Assembly: GCA_963782525.1 (NCBI GenBank)
Contig: CAWAKC010000005.1
Span: 1-64,000, forward strand
Reading direction: 5' to 3'
DNA from: Candidatus Bathyarchaeota archaeon
GTDB lineage: Archaea; Thermoproteota; Bathyarchaeia; Bathyarchaeales; Bathycorpusculaceae
DNA: 64,000 nucleotides
Positions within the stretch are counted from its first letter, which is position 1, and every line of letters starts with the position of its first letter. Shown here piece after piece: positions 42,341 through 52,910 of the stretch. The notes beneath the pieces are model-generated. The model made no database searches, was not told where the DNA came from, and worked only from the letters and a program-made list of their open reading frames with translations. Both the position numbers and the translations under genes were made by a program.

Positions 42341-42784
42341 ATGCCTTCGATAATTCCTGGCTACGTATATTCCATTTTTGCTGCCCTTATAGTTGGAGCA
42401 ATCATTGTTTACGCCTGCAGCATCGCCACTTTGAACTTAAAAAACCAAGCAAGTACCCAGCAGCTCAAGAACATCGATGAGTACGTAGCAACCCAAAGCC
42501 TAACACTACTTTCGCACACCACAATAGACAATCAGAACATAACCCAATACCTCGATATTCCTTCATCGATTGGAAACCAACGTTTCTGGATACAAATAAC
42601 CAACGACTCGTCAGGTGCATGGGTTGAATCAGGATTTGGAACAGCAGTTAGTTTAAACAACTTTCAGATGAGTATACCCGCCAACGTTGCGGCGTCAGGC
42701 TCATTTATTAGCGGTTCAGGCAGGGCAAAACTGCAATGCACCTTCGAAAACCAAATTGCAAATTTAACATTAACCAGCGAGTGA
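42341..42784 (+). CDS. Minor pilin-like protein
   Basis: N-terminal TM helix; abuts neighbouring genes in the operon. Confidence 0.7.
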   Translation: MPSIIPGYVYSIFAALIVGAIIVYACSIATLNLKNQASTQQLKNIDEYVATQSLTLLSHTTIDNQNITQYLDIPSSIGNQRFWIQITNDSSGAWVESGFGTAVSLNNFQMSIPANVAASGSFISGSGRAKLQCTFENQIANLTLTSE

Positions 42785-42788
42785 TAAA

Positions 42789-44372
42789 ATGAAGCTAGGG
42801 AAAAAGAACAAAGAAGAAATCAAAGAAAAACAAGAAACCCCCGACGAAGAAATGATAGCGTACCTGGGAATTCAAGGCTATCAAGTTCCGGAAGGTTTCA
42901 CGCAAATTGAAAGTTACCCCCTCAATCCGCCTTTCTCTTACGCTTGGATATTCCAGGATGAGTCGGAAGGCAGTTACTTTTACGTCGTTGACGACTTACC
43001 CATGTCGCGAAACGAGCGAGACGCCTACAAACGTTTAAAGAATATTCTTGAATACGAACTAAAAGCTCCACGAATAGATGAGACACTTGTTGATTCATTC
43101 CGTCGGCAGCTCCCAGTCATACTTGAAGACCACAAGGAACCTTTCGGCGACACCAACCAAGTCGGTTTAAGAAAAATCGTATATTACCTCGAAAAAGATT
43201 TGATTGGATACGGAAAAATCGACGGGCTCATCAGCGACCCATACATAGAAGACATAAGTTGCTTGGGCATAAACAAACCCGTCTACATTTACCACAGAAA
43301 ATACGCAAGCACACGCACCAACATAATTTTTAGCGATGAAGAAGAACTTGACGATTTCATAACCCGCGTGGTGCACAGGCAAGGTAAACACGTCAGCATC
43401 GCCCACCCCATAGTTGACTTAACATTGCCTGGAAAACACAGACTCGCCGTATCCTTCGGAAAAGAAACAACCCCAGCAGGAACAAGTTTTACCATAAGAA
43501 AATTCCGCGACGACCCCCTAACAATCGTGGATTTGATAATGAACGAAACCATCGATGAATCCATCGCCGCTTACCTTTGGATGCTGATGGAGAACAAAAT
43601 GTCCGTTATGGTCGTTGGACCTACTGGAGCGGGAAAAACAACAGCGTTAAACGCCATTGCATGTTTGGTGCGACCGGATTTCAAGATGATTTCTGTAGAA
43701 GAAGTGCAGGAAATCAACTTGCCACAGGAAAACTGGGTATCCACGATAGCGCGTACAGGTTTTGGTGGAGACAGCGACGGCGAAGTCACCCTATACGACC
43801 TAATCAAGTCCGCTGTTCGACATAGACCTGCATTGATTCTTGTAGGCGAAATCAGGGGCGAAGAAGCGTACGTGTTATTCCAAGCGTTAGCCACAGGCCA
43901 TGGCGGCTTATGCACTATGCACGCTGACGACGTCGAAACCGTCATTAAACGATTAACTCAGCCGCCCATGAACATTCCCCAGAACATTCTGTCCCTGATG
44001 AACTGCGTTATCGTAGTCAAACAAGTTAACACTGCAAGCATCAACCTTTTGGAACGGAAAAAATCCATGAGAAAATTTGTTAAAGTCTCAGAAATCGACA
44101 GCAACGGCACCCCACATGAAGTATTCAACTGGAACCTATCCTCCGACACTTTCCACCAAGACCTGGAAAAAAGCTACCTCCTCAACAAAATCGCCCAAAA
44201 CCTAGATGCCCCCTTAAGCGTTGTCCAGCAAGAGTTTGAACGCCGAAAACAAATCCTCCTCCGCATGGTTGAACAAAACCTACGCGATTTCCGAAGCGTC
44301 CACAAAGCACTTAACAGCTCTCTTAACTTGCAAGCTTTAGCAGCAGCAAACGAAAAATCAAAGGTGCAATAA
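42789..44372 (+). CDS. Type II/IV secretion ATPase (FlaI/VirB11-like pilus assembly ATPase)
   Basis: GPTGAGKTT, ILVGEIRGEEA, TGHGGLCTMHA, FTIRKF. Confidence 0.95.
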   Translation: MKLGKKNKEEIKEKQETPDEEMIAYLGIQGYQVPEGFTQIESYPLNPPFSYAWIFQDESEGSYFYVVDDLPMSRNERDAYKRLKNILEYELKAPRIDETLVDSFRRQLPVILEDHKEPFGDTNQVGLRKIVYYLEKDLIGYGKIDGLISDPYIEDISCLGINKPVYIYHRKYASTRTNIIFSDEEELDDFITRVVHRQGKHVSIAHPIVDLTLPGKHRLAVSFGKETTPAGTSFTIRKFRDDPLTIVDLIMNETIDESIAAYLWMLMENKMSVMVVGPTGAGKTTALNAIACLVRPDFKMISVEEVQEINLPQENWVSTIARTGFGGDSDGEVTLYDLIKSAVRHRPALILVGEIRGEEAYVLFQALATGHGGLCTMHADDVETVIKRLTQPPMNIPQNILSLMNCVIVVKQVNTASINLLERKKSMRKFVKVSEIDSNGTPHEVFNWNLSSDTFHQDLEKSYLLNKIAQNLDAPLSVVQQEFERRKQILLRMVEQNLRDFRSVHKALNSSLNLQALAAANEKSKVQ

Positions 44373-44374
44373 AA

Positions 44375-45883
44375 ATGAAGGCTCCTGGAGGTTTTCTCGG
44401 TAAAATCTTCGGTTTCCTAGATAAAGCTACGAGTGAGGAACGGGAGAAAACTGAGCAGGAACTGCCCTTCGCAGTCATGATTTTTACTCTCATGGCAGCA
44501 AGCGGGATCTCTCCTTATGAAAGCTGGAAAAAAATGCGCCGACTCAGCTTTCTTCCAGCTTTCAAGAAAGAAGCAGACGAAGTTGTGCGTCAAGTTGAGG
44601 TGCTGGGCAAAGACCCACTGACCGTGATGCAACAACGGGGCGAACAGACTCAATCGAAACTATACCGCAACTTCCTCGGCGGCTTTGTTTCCTCAGTCAG
44701 AAGCGGTGGAAAACTGCCGGATTACATGAAAAGCCAGCTGAAATCGATTTTCGAACTCAGATACATCAACTTGAACCGTTCCATCGAAAGGATAGCTGCG
44801 TTAGTTGAAGCTTACTCAGTCATGTTAATCGTTGTTTTATGCACTTACATTCTCTTCGTTGTTTTCTCCTCATCCAGCGTTATGGATTTGATGTCAAGCA
44901 GTTCAATCTCGATTTCCCCAGTCATATCTTACCTGATAGCATTCGTAGCCATGCCAGTTATGTCGGGAATTTTCATATTAATGGCGCATAACATGCAGAG
45001 AAGCGCATTCCCTGACCTCAAAGACCTATACAAAAAAGCATTAATCTTCATAATTCCAGTATTCGCCGTCATAGGCGTTTTCGGAATGATTGGCACAGAC
45101 TTCATCAAACCTATCGGACTACCCGAAATCGCAACCATTGGATTAGTCGCTGCCTCTCTGCCGCTTGCCTACCAATACTACCGCATCTCAAAAATCAACT
45201 ACAATGCCGAAGAATCCATCCCCAGCTTCATCCGAGACATTACAGAATCGCAGAAAACTGGTCTTTCACCAGAAAAAAGTATAGTGCAAGCAACAAAACG
45301 CAAAGATTATGGTCCATTCTCTAAATTCTTGGATTTAATTCGTAGCCAGATCGAATGGGGTATACCTTTGAGACGAACCTTCGATAATATGCGTAAGGAA
45401 ATCCGCAGCTGGTTTGTCATCGTAAACTTTGCCATGATGGTGGAAACAATTGAGGTCGGAGGCAACTCAATTCAATCATTGGAAATTCTCTCGGAGTACA
45501 GCGAGAAGGAAAGGGAGATGCAGGTTAACCGTCGTGCTCTCTTGAAGCCGTACATTCTGTTGGCTTTCATGTGGAGTGCCTTAATTGCTGTTACAACGAC
45601 TATTGTGGCTCTGACCACATCTATGATGACAGGTGTTGTAAGTTCAGACCTTTCTTCAGTTGCCCAGATTGCAATGCAAGGACAACTCAATGTGTTCTCT
45701 GTAGGCATAATTATTCAATGCTGGATTTCCGGGTTCTTCATTGGAAAAATCAGTGAAGGCAATTTTGGCGCAGGATTCAAACACTCCGCTTTGCTGGCAG
45801 CAACCGCTTACCTATCTTTGGTTGTATCTCAAATCTTGCTTTCGGGTATCTTCTCAATGAGTTCAATAAAACCGATGACTTAA
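44375..45883 (+). CDS. Type II secretion system F / FlaJ-TadC-like membrane platform protein
   Basis: Two T2SSF repeats (ELPFA...ASG; IPSFIRDI.E...GL). Confidence 0.9.
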   Translation: MKAPGGFLGKIFGFLDKATSEEREKTEQELPFAVMIFTLMAASGISPYESWKKMRRLSFLPAFKKEADEVVRQVEVLGKDPLTVMQQRGEQTQSKLYRNFLGGFVSSVRSGGKLPDYMKSQLKSIFELRYINLNRSIERIAALVEAYSVMLIVVLCTYILFVVFSSSSVMDLMSSSSISISPVISYLIAFVAMPVMSGIFILMAHNMQRSAFPDLKDLYKKALIFIIPVFAVIGVFGMIGTDFIKPIGLPEIATIGLVAASLPLAYQYYRISKINYNAEESIPSFIRDITESQKTGLSPEKSIVQATKRKDYGPFSKFLDLIRSQIEWGIPLRRTFDNMRKEIRSWFVIVNFAMMVETIEVGGNSIQSLEILSEYSEKEREMQVNRRALLKPYILLAFMWSALIAVTTTIVALTTSMMTGVVSSDLSSVAQIAMQGQLNVFSVGIIIQCWISGFFIGKISEGNFGAGFKHSALLAATAYLSLVVSQILLSGIFSMSSIKPMT

Positions 45884-45895
45884 GGAGAACAACAG

Positions 45896-46936
45896 TTGCC
45901 GACGAGCTCTTTTGATACCTTCTTCGCATGCACAATCATTGTAGCAGTGGCGCTGATAAGTATGGCTTTTTTGGGCTCAACGATGCAAACCAGAATAGCC
46001 AGTACCCAAGACATCAACAAAGACAGTTACCTAAAAGCCATAGCTGACCACATCTTAACAAACCCGGGGTCGCCAGCAGATTGGGGAACCAACGATGTCT
46101 TGCCCGTTGACTTCGGATTAGCTGCAAGCAACTCCAACAGCGCCTACGAATTAGACATAGACAAAGTCTCTAGATTAAACAACCTCAACAATTTCTCAAT
46201 TTCTTATCCTGAGCTATCAAACGCTGCAAAACTAAACATAGCGTTAGGCATTAAGGTCTCCCAACTCATGACAGTAAATGTGTTGCAATCGAGCAACTCT
46301 ACAGCTGGAAGCAACACCATTTTCACGTTCCAAGTTTCAACGAACATCGACTCAAAGCCGACGAGTGCAAACTTACACTGCTATGTTGCCGCAGACACTT
46401 ATCTAACTGCGGTTAACGCCTCAATTCCCGACACCGGAATTGTCCAAATTACCATCCAAATTCCAACAGCAGAAACCGACAACGCTCTACTCATTACCTT
46501 TGCTCGAGCGTCAATCGATGACCGAATAACCTCATACGCAATCTACAATTTCGCTGACTCAGCGCAGGAGTCAACACCCAGTAGCACAGAGTTGGCTTTA
46601 AGCCAACTTGATTACACCTTAAGCCTCAACGATAGCGTGCCAGGTTTAACAGTTCAAAATGGTTATGTTTTCTCCTATTCATACCCGCAAAACCTCCCAT
46701 CCATAGGAGAGTCACAAACATCTATTCCAAAATTACTCGACAAAAGCCCAATAATTCTGGTTGTCGCAGGTTCCAACGGCACAAACCATTTCCAGGAATG
46801 GACCACTTACCCTCAGGTTCCTTTGAAGGCAGGCGCAAACTTTGGTGGTTCAGAACAGAACATCTTCAGTTACATAGTCACAGTCAACGGTGTCCTCTAT
46901 AGGCTTGATTTAAGTTTAGGAGACCTACCCCAATGA
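45896..46936 (+). CDS. Minor pilin-like protein
   Basis: N-terminal TM helix; PGSP.DW...FGLA motif; operon position. Confidence 0.7.
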   Translation: MPTSSFDTFFACTIIVAVALISMAFLGSTMQTRIASTQDINKDSYLKAIADHILTNPGSPADWGTNDVLPVDFGLAASNSNSAYELDIDKVSRLNNLNNFSISYPELSNAAKLNIALGIKVSQLMTVNVLQSSNSTAGSNTIFTFQVSTNIDSKPTSANLHCYVAADTYLTAVNASIPDTGIVQITIQIPTAETDNALLITFARASIDDRITSYAIYNFADSAQESTPSSTELALSQLDYTLSLNDSVPGLTVQNGYVFSYSYPQNLPSIGESQTSIPKLLDKSPIILVVAGSNGTNHFQEWTTYPQVPLKAGANFGGSEQNIFSYIVTVNGVLYRLDLSLGDLPQ

Positions 46937-47355
46937 GGTTGCTTAGCAACAAGAAAGGACAAGTAAGGGTTATAGAAGCATTTTTTGCTTCTATGCTAAT
47001 ATTATCATGTTTAGCGCTCATTCCCGCGCAGGCAGCGCCGAAAAGCTCACAGGTTAACCTCGCCTGGAAAGCCCAAAATATTCTGTTAGCTTTGGACAGC
47101 GACGGTCAACTGGCAAGTCTAGTCGACAATCATGAATGGACAAAACTTGGCGAATGCATCGAATCTGCCCTGCCGCTTACAACATGGTTTAACTTAACAG
47201 TCTACGATAAAAACCAAAACGTTCTAAATGATTTTCCTATTTCTAACGGCGGCTCTGTCAGCGACAGAATCACTTCGGTCAACTACGTTTGCGTCAGCCA
47301 AAACAGCACTTACTCAATCTATGTTTTACAGTTGCAACTGGCGGTGATGGACTAA
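46933..47355 (+). CDS. Minor pilin (class III signal peptide)
   Basis: KKG/QVRVIEAFF. Confidence 0.78.
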   Translation: MRLLSNKKGQVRVIEAFFASMLILSCLALIPAQAAPKSSQVNLAWKAQNILLALDSDGQLASLVDNHEWTKLGECIESALPLTTWFNLTVYDKNQNVLNDFPISNGGSVSDRITSVNYVCVSQNSTYSIYVLQLQLAVMD

Positions 47356-47356
47356 T

Positions 47357-48115
47357 ATGACGAAACGCAATTTTAAATCCGATAAATCTGGTCAAGTGAT
47401 AATCGTTACTGCTTTACTCGTGTCCGCTCTATTGTTGTCCACGGCGCTCTATGTCATCGAGGTTGGGAAAGAAGTGCCAACTATTGACGAAAGCCAAAGC
47501 GATGTTTTCTCAGTTTACAAGCAGTCAACGACGAGTACCCTGATTAGTGCATTAGCGAACGCATCTTGCGGCGGCAATTTAAATGTTTTAGGTGTGGATT
47601 TGGATGCCTTGAAAACAGTGATTCTCTCCAATTCATACCAAGCCCTACTAACTATGGATTACAACACCCTGAACTCGAACAGTTGCCAGAATGGACTGTT
47701 AATTTCTTGGGGCGACAGCGGCTTCGGCATCTCAAGTGCTTGTTCCTCTTTTGTTTTTGCTTCATCAAGCCCCACTGCAACATCTAATTTAGAATACACA
47801 TTAAACGTGACTTCAACTGTTTACTTGAGCGGAAACTACCACCAAATCGACGACACCACAAAACAAGTTAACCTAACATTTACCGTTCAAAACGACGGTA
47901 AAGCAGCGTTAACCCAAAGCTTCAGCGTTTCGTACCGAAATGGAACCGACTGGATACAAGTCAATTCATCAAACACGACAGATTTTGGCAACGGAACATA
48001 CACCGTAACCTTTAGCGCTGAATCCCAAGTCAGCGACCCAATGGCTGTTTCACTACTGTGTCAGGACCAACGAGGAATATTTGTAGGAGCAAACCTTACA
48101 TGCACAAGCACATAA
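47357..48115 (+). CDS. Minor pilin (class III signal peptide)
   Basis: DKSG/QVIIVTALL. Confidence 0.75.
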   Translation: MTKRNFKSDKSGQVIIVTALLVSALLLSTALYVIEVGKEVPTIDESQSDVFSVYKQSTTSTLISALANASCGGNLNVLGVDLDALKTVILSNSYQALLTMDYNTLNSNSCQNGLLISWGDSGFGISSACSSFVFASSSPTATSNLEYTLNVTSTVYLSGNYHQIDDTTKQVNLTFTVQNDGKAALTQSFSVSYRNGTDWIQVNSSNTTDFGNGTYTVTFSAESQVSDPMAVSLLCQDQRGIFVGANLTCTST

Positions 48116-48149
48116 CACGCGATAGAGCGTCAAACAGGAGGAACGCGGA

Positions 48150-49490
48150 GTGAATCAATCTAAAACCGTAAAAATAATCGTGACGCTACTCGCAATCCTA
48201 ATTATTTTAACAATAAGTTTTAGTGCAGCTCAAACCCCCACCCCCCTAAAAGTCAGTGACGGCACCGAAATGAGCGTATTACCTGCCAACCTAATTTGGG
48301 ACAAAACCTATGGCGGGCCATCTGACGACCGCGCATTTTTTGCTGTGCCTGCAGGAGATGGTTATTTGGTTGTCGGTTCAACCAGGTCGATTGTGGTAAA
48401 CACGACTGTCGGCTGGGTTTTAAAGCTCGACGAAAACGGCAATGAGGTGTGGAATAAAACCTTCCTCGAAGGCTTTGGTATGGAGCTCCGGTATGCTGTA
48501 AATTTAACTGATGGTTTCCTGCTTGTAGGCAACCAGTTCTTGGCGTCAGGAGACGTCAACGGCTATGTTGCAAAAATAGATGACGAAGGTAACTTGTTAT
48601 GGCAGACTTTCTTGGATGGGGGAAGCGTCAACAAACTCTTCTCAGGGATCGTCACATCAGACGGATTTGCAGTTTTCGGGTTAACCCAATCCAATGACAA
48701 CAATCCATCGGCTGCCTGGGTCGTCAAATTAAACGATGATGGAAACGTTGTTTGGAGCGGAACCTATGGGCAACCAAACGAAACTGCCCTAAGATCAGGA
48801 GTTTTAGCTCAAGACGGCGATTACGTCGTTGCAGGCTACATAGATTTACCTAACGTCAACAACTATGACTTCTACTTATTGAAAATTCACCCTGACGGCA
48901 GCTTAGTTTGGAATAAAACCTACGGCGGAGTACAGAGCGAAAAAGCATATTCGATGACCAAAGCTGCTGATGGATACGTTTTAGTTGGTGAGGTTGAGTC
49001 TCAAATCACGTCAACCGATGCTTGGGTTTTAAAAGTTGACGAGAACGGAAATAAAATTTGGGATATAACTTTGGGTGGCAAAGAAGCCGATTCCCCCGCA
49101 TACGTAACTCAGTCGAAAGATGGCGGCTATTTGGTTGCTGGTTTCACTTTCTCTTTTGGAGCAGTAAACCGAGATTTTTGGCTCTTCAAAATAAGCGACC
49201 AAGGACAAGTCCTCTTTAGTTGTACTCAAGGCGACGCTGGTTACCAAGAAGCTTACGGCGTCATCGAAACAAAGCACAATTCGTATGTTATGGTAGGCTG
49301 GACGGATCCACTTGGTCAGCCTGCTTTAATCGGTAAAAAAATGTATGATTTCTATATAACAGAACTCACACTACAGAAAGGCGTGGGAGCTTCGAGTCTT
49401 CCTCTGACAGATTATGCGGTAATAATTATTCCCATTTTGGCTGTAATTTCGCTTTTGCTCTTTAACTTCGCACTAAAAGTGAAAAAATAG
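48150..49490 (+). CDS. Surface beta-propeller repeat protein with C-terminal TM anchor
   Basis: About 7 repeats of W.KTYGG...DGY.VVG...WVLK.D..GN. Confidence 0.85.
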   Translation: MNQSKTVKIIVTLLAILIILTISFSAAQTPTPLKVSDGTEMSVLPANLIWDKTYGGPSDDRAFFAVPAGDGYLVVGSTRSIVVNTTVGWVLKLDENGNEVWNKTFLEGFGMELRYAVNLTDGFLLVGNQFLASGDVNGYVAKIDDEGNLLWQTFLDGGSVNKLFSGIVTSDGFAVFGLTQSNDNNPSAAWVVKLNDDGNVVWSGTYGQPNETALRSGVLAQDGDYVVAGYIDLPNVNNYDFYLLKIHPDGSLVWNKTYGGVQSEKAYSMTKAADGYVLVGEVESQITSTDAWVLKVDENGNKIWDITLGGKEADSPAYVTQSKDGGYLVAGFTFSFGAVNRDFWLFKISDQGQVLFSCTQGDAGYQEAYGVIETKHNSYVMVGWTDPLGQPALIGKKMYDFYITELTLQKGVGASSLPLTDYAVIIIPILAVISLLLFNFALKVKK

Positions 49491-49512
49491 TTAAAATTTA
49501 AAAAAAGGTTGC

Positions 49513-50439
49513 TTATTCTTGCAATAGCTTCGAGAAAAGCATTTGCAAAGTGTTAACTAGTGCGCTGTAGTTCGTCCAAATTGCAGCTGTCCTGGGCTTC
49601 TTTTTTACGTCGTCTTCACTGTCGTTGTCTTTTTCGTGAAAGGCAATTAGCACTTCTTTGTTGTCTGAGAGCATGAAGCAGGGCAAATTTTGTTCGTCAG
49701 CTATTTTGTGTGATTCACTAAGCCACTTCATTTGGCCGATAAAATAAGCGCTCTTCAACGAATCGTCAGTTACCAACGTTACTTGAACTTTGTCAGCTTG
49801 ACCTTTTAGGTTGTCGGAGAAGTCGTTGTAGAATAGTTCTGAGAGGTAATCTGCTGAAGCGAAGACGTGGAATTTTTCCTCGGTTTTTTCGAGTAGTTCG
49901 TTGGCTTTCATGAGTACTTGTTGTTCACCTTCGAGCATTTGGAAGAGTTCTTTTTTGGCGTTTTCACCTTTTGGTTGAGGCATCGATTGCCAGAGTTCAA
50001 CGAGGCTTGTTTTTTCTTGTTCTAAGAGTTTAATTTTGATTTTCTGAGCATCCACGAGCAAATCTATTGCTTTGTCCAATGGGACTGCTGTGAATTTTAG
50101 TGGTTTCTCGAAGATTGAGAAAACGATTCCTTTCTTTTCCAAATCGCGAAGGATTCGGTAGGTCTCTGTCCGGTGAAGCGAGATTGCTTCTGCTATTTCT
50201 CCCGCTTTCTTTTCTCCTGCTCGTGCAAGGTACATGTAAACTCTGATTTCGTTCTTGAGTAATCCGAACCTTGCAAGGGTGTCTTCTATGGTTGAGAGTT
50301 GCTTGATGTAATTTTGGTCTTTTTTAGCAACCTTCCATGCATCAGTTTGTTTATCGTAAATTTTCATTAGTTCGTCGTTTTCTAATGCGAGTGCCATTTT
50401 GAGTTCATCCTTTCCTGTATTTTGGGTATTGCTACCCAA
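49513..50439 (-). CDS. TrmB-family transcriptional regulator
   Basis: FGL..NE.RVY.YL...A.EIA....HRTETYRIL..LEKKG HTH; PLD-like C-terminal domain. Confidence 0.9.
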   Translation of the reverse strand: MGSNTQNTGKDELKMALALENDELMKIYDKQTDAWKVAKKDQNYIKQLSTIEDTLARFGLLKNEIRVYMYLARAGEKKAGEIAEAISLHRTETYRILRDLEKKGIVFSIFEKPLKFTAVPLDKAIDLLVDAQKIKIKLLEQEKTSLVELWQSMPQPKGENAKKELFQMLEGEQQVLMKANELLEKTEEKFHVFASADYLSELFYNDFSDNLKGQADKVQVTLVTDDSLKSAYFIGQMKWLSESHKIADEQNLPCFMLSDNKEVLIAFHEKDNDSEDDVKKKPRTAAIWTNYSALVNTLQMLFSKLLQE

Positions 50440-50678
50440 TTCTGACTAATTATATATAATATCATTACGACTTGAGAATCTGAATTCATAATTCATGTTT
50501 ACCAGGCTGCTTATTTTGAATCAAAATCAACATAGTTTATCCATAGTAAGCAACGGCTTTTTGATTCTTTAATGACTAGCAAAAGACAGTTTGGATTTTA
50601 CTACGAGGTTCCATGGTGGTAGGTCCTATTTGCGATTTTCAAGGACATTGGCATGTTGAAATTCAATGATGTGGAGTA

Positions 50679-50960
50679 TTATTGCATTTTATCTTTGGTT
50701 TTACGTTTATTTTCAGTTTTCTTTGTGGGTTCATCCCAATACTTATCAAATTCCTTTGGTAGCATGAGGTTCAGACTCCTGAGCTGCTGGCTAAAGGCAT
50801 CCAATGCGCAGGGGTTGTTGAGGTGGGCACGGTAAATCTCCATAAGCAAATCCACAGCCATCGAGACGGAAATGGGTTTTTTAGCCATCAACGTAAGTTC
50901 TTCAGAAACCTTAACTAAATCCTCATGAACACGCAACGGCAAAACAACGGTCTTAGTCAA
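50679..50960 (-). CDS. Hypothetical small protein, possibly RHH-like DNA binding
   Basis: TKTVVLPLRVHEDL beta-alpha N-terminus. Confidence 0.6.
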   Translation of the reverse strand: MTKTVVLPLRVHEDLVKVSEELTLMAKKPISVSMAVDLLMEIYRAHLNNPCALDAFSQQLRSLNLMLPKEFDKYWDEPTKKTENKRKTKDKMQ

Positions 50961-50973
50961 TCCAACACTTCCA

Positions 50974-51507
50974 TTACACGCTTTTAGCTATTTGCTGAGC
51001 ATCCTTTTTAATTTTCGCCAACTCATCCGCAGTCGGTTTCCCCCGTATGTCGCCACGTTTGCCCTGTGTGCTCAAATCTTCTCGACCACGAAACTCACTT
51101 GGGACGTACCACTCGCCAAGTATGTTAAAGCCGAAATGCTCAAAATACTCCTCATAGTTTTTCCCGCTGGGATAGCCTCATCAATCCTTGTGTGTGGTCC
51201 GGAGTAGGTGCAGAAAATCAAAGCGTTTTTGCCAGCCACTTTTGGGCGCATGGCTTAATTTTTCCTTGGTTGCGGTTTAGGGTCAGTTTAGCTCTCAGTA
51301 AATCAGCTATGATTTTGCTGGCTGCCACTCAATCGAGGGCGAACCCACGCAAAACAAATCATAATCGTAAAAATCAATGTTGGCTGCTTCTTGAGGCTTC
51401 TTCAATTCTACGTCTAAACCTCCCCTTTCCAACCCCACACAGATTGAAGGTGCAACTTTCTGAGTGTTCCCCGTTCGAAAAATAAATTATTAACGCTTCT
51501 TGAACAT
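50974..51507 (-). pseudogene. Flavodoxin-domain pseudogene with multiple frameshifts
   Basis: Fragments TGNTQKVA, YDLFCVGSPSIEWQP, ALIFCTYSGPHT, FEHFGFNILGEWY, GDIRGKP are spread over different frames. Confidence 0.8.
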
Positions 51508-51640
51508 GGTCATTATTTTATCTTTCTTAAAATAAAAGCATTTAACCTAAATGCAAAAAATTTTTGATTGATTCAAAATCAGTAGTTCACTGTATTAAGG
51601 TATAAATAACATTCAAGCAATAGATAAATGCAAGTTACAG

Positions 51641-52888
51641 GTGACTTTTTTGAGAATAGGCTTCTTTGTTTACGAATATCCGCCTCAACTAGTCGGCGGC
51701 TTAGGAACATACGCCGAATACATCACTCAACAATACGTTGATCTTGGACATGACGTTTCAGTTTTCACATTAAACAATAACGGATTAAAAACAAGAGAAA
51801 TAATGAGGGGCGTTGAAGTTCACAGACCCTTAATAGCTGACGCAAGCAACGTATGGCCGTTCTTTGTTGCTGACGACCTTAAAAAATGGGGCACCAACAT
51901 CAAATTCTTCAACGACATATTCATTTACAACATTTTGAGCGCCACTAAATTCATCAACGGCTTAATTAAAAAAGAAGGCTACAAATTTGACGTGGTTTGC
52001 TGTCACGATTGGTTAAGCAGCATCGCAGGCTTAGTTATCAAGAATGAAACCAAAATCCCAGTTGTCTTCCATACGCACAGCACTGAGTGGGGCAGAAGCG
52101 GGGGGCAAGGCTCCGAAACAGTTTCCCACTTTGAAAGTGCAATGGCTCAGAATGCTGACAAAATAATAACCGTAAGCTACGCCATGCAAGAAGACCTCAT
52201 AAAACACGGTTGGCAACCCTCAAAAATCAGCGTGGTTTGGAACGGCGTGGACCCAGACCGTTATGACCCGGTACTTGTTCAAAAACAAGATGTCACTACA
52301 ATCAGAAGGAAATATGGCATTCCAGACAATTGGAATATGCTGCTTTTTGTGGGAAGACTAACATGGGTAAAAGGTGTACGTAACCTCCTACAAGCAATGC
52401 CCCTTGTTCTAAAAGAATACCCCAACACCAAACTGGTCATTTTAGGCAAGGGTGACGAACAAAACGACATAGAAGAAACAGCGGAAAGACTAAACATAAA
52501 AAACAATATTGTTTACAGATTTGACTTTGTTTCAGAAGAAGAAAGAATAATTCATTACGCCGCCTCAGACGTGTGCATTTTTCCTTCTATCTACGAACCT
52601 TTCGGAATTGTCAGTTTGGAAGCGATGGCCATGGAGAAACCTGTCGTGGTGGGCGCCCGCGGTGTAGTTGGTTTTAAGGAGCAAGTTGTAAATGGGGGAA
52701 CTGACCAAACAGGCGTGCACATTAATGGTGAAGACCCCGCTGACATCGCTTGGGGCATAAAAGAAACTTTGCGTGACCCTGAAAAAGCAAAGAATTGGGG
52801 CGAAAACGGCGGGCGAAGAGTACTGGAATATTTCACTTGGCAAAAAGTAGCTGAACAAACTGCTAAAATCTATGAATCATTGTTGTAA
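51641..52888 (+). CDS. GT4 glycosyltransferase (glycogen synthase-like)
   Basis: EYPP..VGGLG, CHDW, FVGRL...KG, PSIYEPFGIVSLEAMA. Confidence 0.92.
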   Translation: MTFLRIGFFVYEYPPQLVGGLGTYAEYITQQYVDLGHDVSVFTLNNNGLKTREIMRGVEVHRPLIADASNVWPFFVADDLKKWGTNIKFFNDIFIYNILSATKFINGLIKKEGYKFDVVCCHDWLSSIAGLVIKNETKIPVVFHTHSTEWGRSGGQGSETVSHFESAMAQNADKIITVSYAMQEDLIKHGWQPSKISVVWNGVDPDRYDPVLVQKQDVTTIRRKYGIPDNWNMLLFVGRLTWVKGVRNLLQAMPLVLKEYPNTKLVILGKGDEQNDIEETAERLNIKNNIVYRFDFVSEEERIIHYAASDVCIFPSIYEPFGIVSLEAMAMEKPVVVGARGVVGFKEQVVNGGTDQTGVHINGEDPADIAWGIKETLRDPEKAKNWGENGGRRVLEYFTWQKVAEQTAKIYESLL

Positions 52889-52910
52889 AAAACAAAGGAA
52901 ATTATGGATT

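Noticed and set aside
40118-48115. Archaellum (fla/arl) operon
   Set aside because: No FlaH, FlaF/G or chemotaxis genes recognisable; multiple minor pilins favour a pilus.
48150-49490. Repeats as DGR or mobile-element signature
   Set aside because: These are diverged protein-level propeller blades; no reverse transcriptase or A-specific variable repeat pair is present.
50992-51485. Two plus-strand ORFs
   Set aside because: Antisense shadows of the flavodoxin pseudogene.
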